Origin: Candidatus Poribacteria bacterium
GTDB taxonomy: Bacteria; Poribacteria; WGA-4E; WGA-3G
Assembly: GCA_965242965.1 (NCBI GenBank)
Contig: OZ251518.1
Span: forward strand, 608,001-672,000
Length of the DNA: 64,000 nucleotides
Direction: 5' to 3'
How positions within the stretch are numbered: position 1 is the first letter of the stretch; the number at the start of each line of letters is the position of its first letter. The position numbers and the translations under genes were made by a program. Positions 30,193-39,558 of this stretch are shown piece after piece. The notes beneath the pieces were generated by a model, which saw nothing but the letters and a program-made list of their open reading frames with translations, was not told where the DNA came from and searched no databases.

Positions 30193-31413
30193 CTATCTCA
30201 AATCAAATGCGGTTTTAACTGATGCAGACTGCCCCGTGTTTAGCGCAGTCTGGATGGCGCGCTTGTAATCCGGCAGCGAAAAGAGGGGCCCTACTAATGG
30301 ACGCAATGTATCCCCTATCTGCTGTAAAAGCCGCATGCCGAGGGCAAAAGTGTGAATTTTTTCGCCGAGATGCGTTTCGATGCCATACGTATAGGCACCT
30401 TTAACCCTCAGCTGCTTATACCAGATCGAGTTCCAATCGACATTTTTCGGGATGCCCGGCATGCCGAGCAGGACTACCTCGCCGCCAGCGCGGGTGAAAC
30501 GGAGTGCATCGTCAATAGTCGTGCTAGAACCGATGCAGTCGAAGGTGACATCTACGCCGCCGAGCAAGACCTGTTGTCCTAACTCCGGTTGATACGCTGT
30601 CGCGCCTGTCAATCGGCAAAATTCTGCATATCTACCGGCATTCGGTGATAACACTTCATCTGCACCGAGTTCCCGCGCGAGTTGCTGTTGGTGCGGATGT
30701 TTGGCGAAGATGAGGACGCGGTTCCGGTGCCCGAGTCCGCGAAGCGCGGCGACGGTTAGCAATCCGATGCTCCCGCCGCCGATGACGACGATGTCATCTG
30801 TTTTTTTCAGTTCTGCCTTCAACACACCGTGCAGCGCGCAGGCGAACGGTTCAAGAAGCACCGCGCTCTCATCTGAAATAGCGTCAGGAACGACGTGCAG
30901 TTGCGTCCGATGCGCCACGAGGTATTCGCTCCAACCGCCGCCAGTATCGCGACAATATCCGGTTTGGACACCCTCCGAAATGCTCCCCTTTGTGATATTT
31001 TCACAATTGGAGAAGGAAGCGTTTTGGCATTGATGGCACGGCGGCGTAATCCCTCGCACTTCGCAAGATAGTGCCGGTTCGACCACCACTCGCGTGCCGA
31101 TATGCATATCGTCCACTGCTGCACCTACTTCCACCACATTCCCGACGATTTCGTGTCCCAGCACGAATGGGAAGGAGGTGAAGGGTGAAAAGTAGGGGCT
31201 TCCCTTCGCCGTGATCGTCGCCAGATCTGAGCCGCAGATGCCGCTGACTCGGGTCTGGATTTTCACCCATTCGGGTGTTGGCAGTTGCGGCGCGTCCATC
31301 TGAACGCGCCGCACGCTGGAAACGGGTGACGTATAGATGCTACGCCACCGGTTTCCAAGGTAGCGCGCGGCTAAGTAGCGAGGGATGCTTTTGGTGTATT
31401 GGATGGCTTGCAC
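30193..31413 (-). CDS. Zinc-binding alcohol dehydrogenase (MDR family)
   Basis: GICGSD, LGHEIVG, GGGSIG, FDCIGS; GTG start at 31413. Confidence 0.88.
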   Translation of the reverse strand: MQAIQYTKSIPRYLAARYLGNRWRSIYTSPVSSVRRVQMDAPQLPTPEWVKIQTRVSGICGSDLATITAKGSPYFSPFTSFPFVLGHEIVGNVVEVGAAVDDMHIGTRVVVEPALSCEVRGITPPCHQCQNASFSNCENITKGSISEGVQTGYCRDTGGGWSEYLVAHRTQLHVVPDAISDESAVLLEPFACALHGVLKAELKKTDDIVVIGGGSIGLLTVAALRGLGHRNRVLIFAKHPHQQQLARELGADEVLSPNAGRYAEFCRLTGATAYQPELGQQVLLGGVDVTFDCIGSSTTIDDALRFTRAGGEVVLLGMPGIPKNVDWNSIWYKQLRVKGAYTYGIETHLGEKIHTFALGMRLLQQIGDTLRPLVGPLFSLPDYKRAIQTALNTGQSASVKTAFDLR

Positions 31414-31498
31414 GGTGATGCTTGTGAGGGCGGATTTCTGTATCCGCCCGTTTCCTTCCTTCGGACAGAGCGTGTAGAAATGCGCGCGAACCGCTATG

Positions 31499-32692
31499 CT
31501 AACTCGCCTCATTCTGATAATACGCCATCAGAATCTCCGCCACTTCGGGACGGGCGATTTCCGGGGGCAACGGTTCGCCCGCTGCGAGAATCTCACGCTG
31601 CTTCGTGCCAGAAATGGAGAAGTAGTCATCGCCGCCATGAGCGCAATCGCGCATCATGACGATTTCGTTGCACTCGTTGCACCATACCGTGAAATCACCG
31701 CGGAAAATCTCTATCTCCAGTGCATCCACCGGAATCTCATCGAAGATGGCTTGCGCGTCAAACGGGCCGTAATAATCACCTGCACCGGCGTGGTCCCGGC
31801 CGACGATGAAGTGGGTGCAACCGCAGTTTTGACGGAAAACGGCGTGGAGCAATGCCTCCCGCGGTCCGGCGTAAAGCATGTCAAACCCGTAACCGGTGAT
31901 GGATACCGTGTTTTCGGGGAAATAGTGCTTCACCATGGCACGGATGGAAGCATCGCGAACGGCGGCGGGGATATCGCCCGGCTTGAGTTTGCCGAGCAGC
32001 ATGTGGATCAGCACCCCATCCGCGTTTACCTCTCGCTGCGCGATTTTACAGAGCTCTTCATGCGCGCGATGCATCGGGTTGCGCGTCTGGAAAGCGACGA
32101 TTTTCTCCCAGCCTCGCGATGCAATGTCCTCGCGAATTTCCACTGCAGTGCGGAATGTTTCTGGGAAATCTGTCCGAAAATAGGAGTAATTTAGCACCTG
32201 TATCGGGCCGGAGAGGACGTTATATCCGACATTCTCGAACGCTGAGACACCAGGATGCTCCGAGTCGGTTGTCCCGAATGTTTTCTCAATGATAAAGTTC
32301 TTCTGTCCCCAGGTGAATGTCTCAATTGCCGAAACCTCCATCACGGCGATAGGCGGATTGCCTTCAACGTTCGGGTCGCGGAGGGCAACGCGGTCTGCAA
32401 GTTTCACGGCATCCGTGAGCTGCTCGTCATGGACGAGGTTCATCACCGGCACCGGCCAGAAGAGCCCGTTCGGCAACTTCATCTCGGCGGCGACGCTCGT
32501 CGCTTCGGCGATGTTCATGTAGCCCATCAGCGGCGTAAAATAACCTGACCCGAGCATGACTGCCGATGCGGCAGCACCGGAGGAAATGAGGACAGAAGGA
32601 AGGGTTTCCGCCTCTTTTGTCAGTGCCGCGCGTTGCGCATCGTCTGCAACGTAGAGCGGCGTTAAGGTTTCGGCTCCATGTGGTTTAATCAT
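31499..32692 (-). CDS. sat: Sulfate adenylyltransferase
   Basis: AFQTRNPMHRAHE, YAGPREA, IVGRDHAG, ISGT. Confidence 0.95.
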   Translation of the reverse strand: MIKPHGAETLTPLYVADDAQRAALTKEAETLPSVLISSGAAASAVMLGSGYFTPLMGYMNIAEATSVAAEMKLPNGLFWPVPVMNLVHDEQLTDAVKLADRVALRDPNVEGNPPIAVMEVSAIETFTWGQKNFIIEKTFGTTDSEHPGVSAFENVGYNVLSGPIQVLNYSYFRTDFPETFRTAVEIREDIASRGWEKIVAFQTRNPMHRAHEELCKIAQREVNADGVLIHMLLGKLKPGDIPAAVRDASIRAMVKHYFPENTVSITGYGFDMLYAGPREALLHAVFRQNCGCTHFIVGRDHAGAGDYYGPFDAQAIFDEIPVDALEIEIFRGDFTVWCNECNEIVMMRDCAHGGDDYFSISGTKQREILAAGEPLPPEIARPEVAEILMAYYQNEAS

Positions 32693-32722
32693 TATTTCTC
32701 CTTTTCAGGATTTATTCTGGGT

Positions 32723-34849
32723 TTATTTGTTTAACTGTTTAACTATGCAACTATTCCAGATCCAATAATGGTTTTTGATATCCCAATCATCTTCCAAACG
32801 CACCCGTTTTTGAGGCGAGGAAATCACTTGGGTGAGATACCCCTCGGTTACCGTTACGCGATAGGAATGCTCAATTGCATCTCCATCGCCGGACACGGTG
32901 AGTTCTTTCAGAACCTGTTTTCCGTTCGCCGCCAGATTGACGGTATGCGTCAGCTCTTCTGATGCACAGAAGGTGTTGGTGACGCTATAGATTCCGTTGG
33001 GAAGATCGAGTTTGAAGGCTGCCTCCTCGTTGCTCCAAACGGCATCTTGAGCGTATTTCTCTTGCTCTGGAATGCGATAGTGACTTTTTTGAACATGATG
33101 TCCGGCGTGCGGGGCGCGCGTATCCCAACCGAACTTTCCGCTGACATATAACGTATCGGGACCGAGGGCGTGATAACCCGGCGCAGTTTCGGCACCATTC
33201 GGTTGCATATCAAAGCGGATGATGGGCTTACCCTCCTCAGTTTTGTCCCACAAATCCAATTGCGGCTTGGTGGCACGCTTTTTCCTGAAGAGTTGGAGGT
33301 GTTTCGTCTCGTGGATAACCTCATAATCCTTTGCCCCGAGGTCTGCCTCCGCTCCCGGGTCGTGCCAAGAGACAACATAGTCCACAGAACTAATAGCGCG
33401 CCGCCAAAGCGTGCCTTCCCGAAGATCTTCTCGCTCAGTGTTGCGATTGACTGGGAAGTAATAGAAAACCGACTCGTAGTTGGCCAGATGCACGACATCA
33501 TCGGCATATACGCCGTAATAGGCGGTGGAATGCACGAACGGCGTGACGTATTCGATCCGGCCCAATGCCTCCGATTTATGCCAGCCATCCTCGCCTGCCC
33601 GAATCTCGAACACGGTGTGTGGCTCTATGAGATGCGTGCCGGAGACTAATTCTTCAATCTCTGGCGCGATACGCCCGTGGTCATACGCAGTTCTACCGCA
33701 GTGGAGAAGACTGAATACAATCAGGCATGTCGCGATGGAGTAGCGAACGACTTTGTCCATGTTTGTGATGAACCACGGAGCCAACATCAGCAAAATGTAG
33801 ATATGAATCCGGTCGTTGATCCAACCCCCGGGTCCGTAACTCCAAGGAGCCCTGATGAACATCGCGGTGAACAGAATAGCGATGAGGAGGAACGCATCGG
33901 TTTGCTTCACCCACTCTTCGCGGCGGATGCGGTAAACGATAGCGATAACGATGGCTGCACCTAACACCACCAATAAGCCTTGGTTGACAGGAACGTGCCA
34001 ATCGGTGAAATAGACGATGGATTTGATACCTATGAAATACTCCCAGATCCACTCCATGCCGCGGTGGTTGCCTGTTGGATGCTCCTTGATACTGAACAGA
34101 TAGTAGTCGACTAGCACAAAATACATCGGCACCATGTAAAGTCCGAAGCGGACGAGCGGTTTGAGGCTATACCAGAGTTGTTGCATCCATCCGGCGTTTC
34201 GTTCGCGCCAAGTTGCCGCTAACGCATTCCCTCCCCACAAGCATCCGGCGGCGACAGACATCCCCAACACGACGAGTCCATAAGAGGCGATATGCGAGAG
34301 ATACGTCAACAGCAATAGCACATAGAGTCCGCCGAGGTGTTGCACCTGCATGTCGTCCTTGTGTTTCCACCAGAACCCGAAGCTGAAGAAGAAAAACGCG
34401 ATGCTCAGCGTGAAGTTGTAAAACCCCATGTAGAGCAGGTAGTTATAGGCGAACGGGAAACCGAGCCAAGCGAACGTGTGCCAACTCCCGCTGTCCTCTT
34501 CCTTCGGTTTTCCGTGAATGGCGTGCAGGAAATAGAAGAAGGCTATCGGTATCATCCCGATGGCTATTGTGAGGAAAACCTTTTCGGCGATGACTGGCGG
34601 AAACACATAGAGCAACAGCATCAATGCGATATGCGACAGCCAGTTCGGAAAGACGGTGATGTTGAGTTCCCATGCGTCGCGCAGTTTATAGTTTTCGGGT
34701 TTCGCGTAGTCCTTCAGCACCAAGCCGTTGTAAACGTGACTCGCTCCGTCTTGCGAGGGGAAGTAGGCGAAAATCCAGATAGGGATGAGGTGTAATACCA
34801 GCAACGCTACAAAGAGATGTTTCCATGTCCAGTTTCTCCAATTCAACAC
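32723..34849 (-). CDS. Polytopic membrane protein with C-terminal soluble beta domain (possible GT-C-like glycosyltransferase)
   Basis: About 10 TM segments; PSQDGASHVYN luminal motif; GGAGG RBS before GTG. Confidence 0.6.
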   Translation of the reverse strand: MLNWRNWTWKHLFVALLVLHLIPIWIFAYFPSQDGASHVYNGLVLKDYAKPENYKLRDAWELNITVFPNWLSHIALMLLLYVFPPVIAEKVFLTIAIGMIPIAFFYFLHAIHGKPKEEDSGSWHTFAWLGFPFAYNYLLYMGFYNFTLSIAFFFFSFGFWWKHKDDMQVQHLGGLYVLLLLTYLSHIASYGLVVLGMSVAAGCLWGGNALAATWRERNAGWMQQLWYSLKPLVRFGLYMVPMYFVLVDYYLFSIKEHPTGNHRGMEWIWEYFIGIKSIVYFTDWHVPVNQGLLVVLGAAIVIAIVYRIRREEWVKQTDAFLLIAILFTAMFIRAPWSYGPGGWINDRIHIYILLMLAPWFITNMDKVVRYSIATCLIVFSLLHCGRTAYDHGRIAPEIEELVSGTHLIEPHTVFEIRAGEDGWHKSEALGRIEYVTPFVHSTAYYGVYADDVVHLANYESVFYYFPVNRNTEREDLREGTLWRRAISSVDYVVSWHDPGAEADLGAKDYEVIHETKHLQLFRKKRATKPQLDLWDKTEEGKPIIRFDMQPNGAETAPGYHALGPDTLYVSGKFGWDTRAPHAGHHVQKSHYRIPEQEKYAQDAVWSNEEAAFKLDLPNGIYSVTNTFCASEELTHTVNLAANGKQVLKELTVSGDGDAIEHSYRVTVTEGYLTQVISSPQKRVRLEDDWDIKNHYWIWNSCIVKQLNK

Positions 34850-34882
34850 GTTTTTCCTCCTTTTGCGCGGCTCCGATTCCTT

Positions 34883-35141
34883 GGTAGGTGCGGTTTTTAA
34901 TCGAGCCGAGTTTGCGGGGGACAGGCCCCCGCGCTACGGTTTTCCCTTTCATTTGAGTTCGCGGGGGACAGGCCCCCGCGCTACGGTTTCCTTTCCTTCA
35001 AGTTCGCGGGGGACAGGCCCCCGCGCTACGGTTTCCCTTGATTTTTGTCTCGCCCGGTAGCGGTATTGCATCGAGACCGGGAGGTCTCTCCTACGGTTTC
35101 CCTTCCTTCAAGTTCGCGGGGGACAGGCCCCCGCGCTACGG
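34883..35141. repeat. Tandem REP-like palindromes
   Basis: 4x GCGGGGGACAGGCCCCCGCGCTACGGTT plus one GAGACCGGGAGGTCTCTCCTAC. Confidence 0.9.
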
Positions 35142-35798
35142 TTGCGAAGCGAAATAGAGGCACTGCGCTGTCAGCGGGCATTTTTCGCAGAGCGGCTTGC
35201 GCGCGTTGCAAATCTGTCTGCCGAAGTAGATAAGGTTCATGTGGAACGGATACGCCTTCCCTTCCGGCACGATGGGCGGCAACAGTTGATGTGCTTTCTC
35301 CGCGCTACAATTCTGCGGAACGAGCCCGAGCCGTTTGGAAATCCGCAGGATGTGCGTATCCACCGGAAAAACCTCTCTGCCGCAAGCGAAGGAAAGCACC
35401 ACCGAGGCAGTTTTGATGCCGATGCCTTTGTGCTGACACAGCAGTGCTAACGCCGCCTCCGTTTCCATGTCGTGGATAAATTCCAAGGATAATTCGCCGT
35501 ATTCTTCCTTGAGCCATGTCAGGAAGTTTTTAATAGTGCGGCTTTTCTGTTTCGAGAGCCCGGCGATGCGAATCGCGTCGATGATGTCTGCCTCATTGGC
35601 GTGTAGCACAGCTTCCCACGTTGGAAAGCGTTCGCGAAGGCGTGCGTAGCCTTTGTCGCGGCTCACATCTGTCGTGTTTTGCGACAACACCGTTAAGATG
35701 AGGCTATCCAGCACGTTTTCAGTGCCACCCCGTGTCGGCACGCCGAGCAATTCCTCTAGCGCATTGGATATGATTTCGGCTTTTTGCTTCAACTCCAA
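35136..35798 (-). CDS. nth: Endonuclease III (HhH-GPD, 4Fe-4S)
   Basis: VLSQNTTD, GIGIKTA, FPVDTHILR, CNARKPLCEKCPLTAQC. Confidence 0.88.
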   Translation of the reverse strand: MELKQKAEIISNALEELLGVPTRGGTENVLDSLILTVLSQNTTDVSRDKGYARLRERFPTWEAVLHANEADIIDAIRIAGLSKQKSRTIKNFLTWLKEEYGELSLEFIHDMETEAALALLCQHKGIGIKTASVVLSFACGREVFPVDTHILRISKRLGLVPQNCSAEKAHQLLPPIVPEGKAYPFHMNLIYFGRQICNARKPLCEKCPLTAQCLYFASQP

Positions 35799-35899
35799 TT
35801 GTTTTCTTCCTCTCCTGCGATTTTAAGATAGTATAACATGCATTCGGAAAAATTGTGCAGAAAAAATCGTTCCGTTTTCCATTTTGTTGAAAATGAAAG

Positions 35900-37789
35900 T
35901 TAGAACAAGAACCGATACATCGGTTTATCCAGCACAACCGCGAGAAGGCTCCAGAACGAACCTATCGCAAATTCACCGAGCACGATGCCCAAGAAGAACG
36001 GAATTGCCTTACGGTGCAGACGGATGCCGCCGTATTTTAGCACCAACCATTTGAGCAACCATCCGACAAAAATCGAACCTATCATGGGGTTAATTGCCCA
36101 ACTGCCGGAGATGGCGTAGCCGACAGGGTGCAAATTCCACCACAAAAAACGCATCCGCATGGCGGCGAGGAGGAGCGTCAGTCCGAACCCGAACGATGCA
36201 AAGCCTATTGCGGGGACATCTGGCGGCGCGGCGTAAGTTAACCACGTCTCCAGCCGATTGAAAGATTCTCTGCCGAACCCGGCGAAACCTCCTTCGGCGT
36301 AATACATAGAGAGATACGCCCAGAACGAACCGAGCGCGCCGAGCGCGGAGGCGAGCATCATCAGCATTGCGAACCGCCGAATCGGGATGTTCGCGCCCTC
36401 CGCCAATTTGAAGCCTTCAAGTTGATGCGGCATCGCGTGTGAACGGTGCGCGCGATTGAGGCAGTAAAGATAGGCAAACCCGGTAAGGTTTACTGCACCG
36501 AGTCTACGAATGCCGAACAGCCGCGGCAACATCTCATCGGGCCCGATGAAGTGCAAATCATGCACGGGTGAACCGAGTTCGGCGCGCAGACGCGTAATCG
36601 CCATCGCAATCGCAAACCAAACGGCGAAATAGAGCACGATAACCCAAAACGTCATCCCCATCTTCAGGCAGAACATGACGATGAACGTTGCCGCGCCGAG
36701 CAGTGCTATCAACGTGACTCGATGCGAGACAGGTTCGTCTGGGCGCGGCGATACGATTTGACGCGCCACCTGCTTCAGGTAACGCCGACTCATCCAGATA
36801 GCTAAGACACAAAGTCCCAGATATGCGCCGTGCGACTGCTCGGCTTCATAAGGGAATCGCGGCAGCCCGCGCCAGCCGGCGATGACTCCCAGGAGCCGTT
36901 CTGCACGCCATATAAGCCAAAATGCCCAGCACGAAAAGGAAAGATCGAGGGGAATAAAAAACGAAAGCCCAACGCCGAACGGAAACACACCAAGCGGACT
37001 CCACCCGATGCCACTCCAGGGACGTTCCGTGAAAATCTGCCGTAGATCATACAATTTTCCGCCGAGACTCGGCACAACAGGATAGAGAAAGTTGAGCCCG
37101 TTGATAATGTCGATGGTAATGCCGATTGTCAGCCCTACCCACATCCACGGCGAACGGAAAAACTTACCGCCGGGTGCAGTCATCTCGAACGGTAGTTGGA
37201 TGATGGGATAACTGAGTCGTTCCGATTCTACCCACTGCTTCCGAAAAATCAGGCTCAGGCAGAGCATCACGAGGTGGACAGCAACGATAAAGAGCGTCCA
37301 CCAAAAGATGGGAGATAGCCATGCGGTGAAGTGCGGCTGTTCATAAATGCTTGAAAACCCGCGGTAGTAACCCTCCAGCGCGTGTTTATCGCTGACTGCC
37401 AGCCATTGCGGGATGTGCAGATGAAACAGGTTGAGCCAGTCATTTTCCGGTGTGGCGAACCAGTGTGCATGCCCGATGATAGGCATTAGCACCAGAAATC
37501 TGTCCACGCCTGCGAGCCCTGCACCTACTGAAATGCAGGTATAGATTACCAGCAATTCTGCGCGGTTAAGCATGAGCGCGTGGTGGAGCCCGCGGAGTAG
37601 CAACCCGATTCCCAGTAAAATCAGAATTGTGATAACGGCGTTGTAAAAGAGGGATACCTGTGTCGGACTTCCGCCGCCACGGATGATAGACGCGGATACC
37701 CACCAGCAGTTCAGCGGAACGAGCACACAGATAAGAAAAATCGAGAAGGGCCGAATTCGGAGGTTTTTTCTTTGAACCTTATTCACCAT
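35900..37789 (-). CDS. Polytopic membrane protein (DUF6785/DUF6784-like putative transporter)
   Basis: About 15 TM segments; RKQWVESERLSYPI; WWNLHPVGY; PFFLGIVLGE. Confidence 0.65.
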   Translation of the reverse strand: MVNKVQRKNLRIRPFSIFLICVLVPLNCWWVSASIIRGGGSPTQVSLFYNAVITILILLGIGLLLRGLHHALMLNRAELLVIYTCISVGAGLAGVDRFLVLMPIIGHAHWFATPENDWLNLFHLHIPQWLAVSDKHALEGYYRGFSSIYEQPHFTAWLSPIFWWTLFIVAVHLVMLCLSLIFRKQWVESERLSYPIIQLPFEMTAPGGKFFRSPWMWVGLTIGITIDIINGLNFLYPVVPSLGGKLYDLRQIFTERPWSGIGWSPLGVFPFGVGLSFFIPLDLSFSCWAFWLIWRAERLLGVIAGWRGLPRFPYEAEQSHGAYLGLCVLAIWMSRRYLKQVARQIVSPRPDEPVSHRVTLIALLGAATFIVMFCLKMGMTFWVIVLYFAVWFAIAMAITRLRAELGSPVHDLHFIGPDEMLPRLFGIRRLGAVNLTGFAYLYCLNRAHRSHAMPHQLEGFKLAEGANIPIRRFAMLMMLASALGALGSFWAYLSMYYAEGGFAGFGRESFNRLETWLTYAAPPDVPAIGFASFGFGLTLLLAAMRMRFLWWNLHPVGYAISGSWAINPMIGSIFVGWLLKWLVLKYGGIRLHRKAIPFFLGIVLGEFAIGSFWSLLAVVLDKPMYRFLF

Positions 37790-37856
37790 CTTTCCTCACA
37801 AAAGTAGTGTTATTATCCTATCACATTTCCACTTTTTACGGCAAGGATTTTTTCGG

Positions 37857-37886
37857 TTGACAAACAAGGTGAGGATTTGGTATACT
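37857..37886 (+). promoter_or_regulatory. sigma70-like promoter
   Basis: TTGACA-18-TATACT upstream of the Uma2 gene. Confidence 0.55.
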
Positions 37887-37937
37887 ATTTATTGGATGCT
37901 AATTCTATATTTTTAATCATGGTGGGGTGCGGAAACA

Positions 37938-38507
37938 ATGAATCTGCTAGAACTGAACCAATTCGCGCGGGAAGGCATCCTCCCCGAAAACGTCGCGATG
38001 ACGTTGGAGGAATTCCTCGCGCACGATGTAGAAGGATATGAATACGTTAAAGGAGAATTGATACCTATGCCCGGGACATCACTGGAGCACGGTTCGATCG
38101 GCGCGAATGTCTTTCGATATTTAGACAGGTGTGTATACGAGAAGCAAATCGGCAAAGTGTATTTCTCGGAAACGGGTTTCCAAGTCGGCGAGCGTGTCCT
38201 CAAACCTGACATCGCGTTTCTCTCTAACGGGCGAATTCCCGAAGACAGGCGCAAAGCATCCCCAGTTCCGCCAGACCTGGCGGTTGAGGTAGTGTCCCCG
38301 TCAGACGCGTTGGATAGCGTTGAAGAAAAGGCATTTGCCTATCTGGAGGCTGGCACCCGGATGGTATGGGTTCTCAAACCTATCTCGCGGACTGTGACGG
38401 TGTATCGTTCCAGAACCGATATCAAGTTGCTCACTTGCAATGACACGCTCACCGGTGAGGATGTTGTTGAAGGCTTTTCTTGTCAAGTAGCGCAGCTTTT
38501 TGAATAG
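37938..38507 (+). CDS. Uma2-family (DUF820) endonuclease
   Basis: YEYVKGEL, KPDIAF, PDLAVEVVSPSD, YLEAGTRMVWV. Confidence 0.9.
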   Translation: MNLLELNQFAREGILPENVAMTLEEFLAHDVEGYEYVKGELIPMPGTSLEHGSIGANVFRYLDRCVYEKQIGKVYFSETGFQVGERVLKPDIAFLSNGRIPEDRRKASPVPPDLAVEVVSPSDALDSVEEKAFAYLEAGTRMVWVLKPISRTVTVYRSRTDIKLLTCNDTLTGEDVVEGFSCQVAQLFE

Positions 38508-38694
38508 CGGCGGCATCGCCATATTTGTGGAGCATTCTCGAAAAATGGACAACACGAAAGAACGGAAGGTCGCGAACCGAAAGGAAAAAGAGGCGCAACG
38601 CGGCAAACACTATTACGCCGATAACCACAATTTTCAATTGTGAGGGAGGCTGTCGTTCATGTCCATTCGTGTTGATTCCTCCTATTGTTCTGAA

Positions 38695-38760
38695 GCAGGA
38701 TTTCCAGGATTTCCAAGATTAGCAGGATTTCTAGGATTAGCAGGATTTTCAGGATTAGAG
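38695..38760. repeat. Degenerate ~9-bp tandem repeat (AGGATTxxx)
   Basis: gcaggattttccaggatttccaagattagcaggatttctaggattagcaggattttcaggattag. Confidence 0.75.
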
Positions 38761-38895
38761 GTATCCAAGTTATCAAAACCTTTCTTAAGGTCCTTTAGGT
38801 CCTTAATGTCTATAGCATGTCGGTTTGCGAAGAGCCCTAAGGTCCTTTAGGTCCTTAATGTGGCTTTACGCCACGTGCCTTTGATTCAATTAGGA

Positions 38896-39223
38896 GAGGG
38901 GGTTTCATAACTCCGTTTCGGTATTTATCCCGCCTTGGAGGGCGGTCGAATACCGGCAGGCATCGGGCCCACCGCTGTAGTTCGGGAGCACCTGCTCCCG
39001 AACGGTTCAGGATTGCTTGGCAAACATGGCAGAGCTTCAGACGATCTTGAACTACAGGGGGAACGCGGTCTGACAGCCAAACGCGTGGCGAGGGACAGGC
39101 CCTCGCCCTACGTGAAGGGGAGGGCGTTCTTTTCGTGGTTTCTTCCCCACCTTTGGCGGGGTAAAACCTTACCGTAGCGCGGGGCCTGTCACCGCAACGT
39201 TGAGCGATTTATGAAACGTCCTC
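38896..39223. mobile_element. MITE-like element, complete (328 bp), carrying REP modules
   Basis: TIRs GAGGGGGTTTCATAA / TTATGAAACGTCCTC. Confidence 0.75.
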
Positions 39224-39330
39224 ATTTTAACTTGATTTTTTGCATCGGGATGTGGTAGATTTAACGTGTTGACTTTAACACGAGTCAGACGGGATGTTTA
39301 CGCATGCAAACCCTATAGGAGATAACTCAA

Positions 39331-39540
39331 ATGAAACTGAAACCCGATAAAAAGCGGCTTGAAGAAATTCAGGACGTTTATCGCACGTTGGGACTGGATT
39401 CTGAAGAGTTCCAGAAATACCTTGTTTCTCTAGCAGCTCCATCCCTAGAACCGCCTCGCCGCGTGGTTTACATAGAGTGTGGAAGCACATCCGAACTTCA
39501 AGGAGAATTTAAAGATGCCGGACTGGAATCAAATCCTTGA
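39331..39540 (+). CDS. Small hypothetical protein (69 aa)
   Basis: AGGAGA RBS upstream; non-repeat composition. Confidence 0.55.
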   Translation: MKLKPDKKRLEEIQDVYRTLGLDSEEFQKYLVSLAAPSLEPPRRVVYIECGSTSELQGEFKDAGLESNP

Positions 39541-39558
39541 CGAGATTAACGAAAACTC

